Positions 24,569 to 24,662 of a DNA stretch of 24,662 nt are shown here, one piece after another. The position numbers were made by a program, and so were the translations under genes. The notes under the pieces were generated by a model. It was not told the origin of the DNA and made no database searches. It saw only the letters and a program-made list of their open reading frames with translations. How positions within the stretch are numbered: position 1 is the first letter of the stretch; each line of letters starts with the position of its first letter. The stretch lies in IMG/VR virus record IMGVR_UViG_3300009773_000010. One strand, written 5' to 3'. This DNA is from a virus. Lineage: Duplodnaviria > Caudoviricetes.

Positions 24569-24662
24569 TGGACGGCCCTCCTTTGTGCTCTATCTTGGCG
24601 TCGATGCTCTGCCTTTCGGCGTAGTTCTCCGGGTCGCTGTGCGCGAGCATGTACCTAGCGGC
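24528..24662 (-). CDS. terS: Probable terminase small subunit, 3' end (5'-truncated)
   Basis: Hand translation AARYMLAHSDPENYAERQSIDAKIEHKGGPSIVIRHIPADYRRK-stop. Overlaps the terL start by 41 nt and resembles TerS C-termini. Confidence 0.65.
   Translation of the reverse strand, partial: AARYMLAHSDPENYAERQSIDAKIEHKGGPSIVIRHIPADYRRK

Larger units (their letters stand above)
1..24662 (-). mobile_element. Tailed virus/provirus (siphovirus-like) packaging, head and tail gene module; both ends lie outside the window
   Basis: Canonical order terS-terL-portal-MuF-protease-MCP-neck-tube-TAC-TMP-hub-tip, all on the minus strand with overlapping or closely spaced start/stop codons. No sheath, integrase or att site is visible. 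Confidence 0.97.

Noticed and set aside
1-24662. Diversity-generating retroelement, intein, tRNA, CRISPR array, integrase or contractile sheath
   Set aside because: No reverse transcriptase, adenine-variant repeat pair, splice motifs, cloverleaf, repeat-spacer array or such genes were seen by eye.

Overview
The whole window is one minus-strand, tightly coupled morphogenesis operon of a tailed dsDNA virus or provirus (Caudoviricetes). No sheath gene is present, so the virion is siphovirus-like. The host is probably an archaeon; this is inferred from GGTGA-type ribosome-binding sites, non-sigma70 promoter repeats and the lack of any recognisable peptidoglycan hydrolase. Gene order from right to left: terS (3' end), terL, portal, MuF-like head protein, 48-aa HTH gene, protease/scaffold, decoration protein, encapsulin-like major capsid protein, an inserted fibre module (183 aa, 119 aa and a 1221-aa protein with about 45 18-aa repeats), BppU-like::adaptor fusion, head closure, neck, terminator::tube-like fusion, tail tube, 110-aa accessory protein, tail chaperone with a -1 frameshift, tape measure, hub, three tail-tip proteins, a 40-aa membrane peptide, and a >707-aa beta-helix + GH5-like glycosidase that runs off the left edge. 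Four genes are missing from the ORF track and were translated by hand: 1-2121, 2118-2240, 20744-20890 and 24528-24662. The most interesting items are a possible ruler-templated neck/head filament system, the glycanase and its possible lysis role, the encapsulin-like capsid, and a 49-bp duplicated promoter/operator. All family assignments come from motif recognition by eye; no database searches were run.
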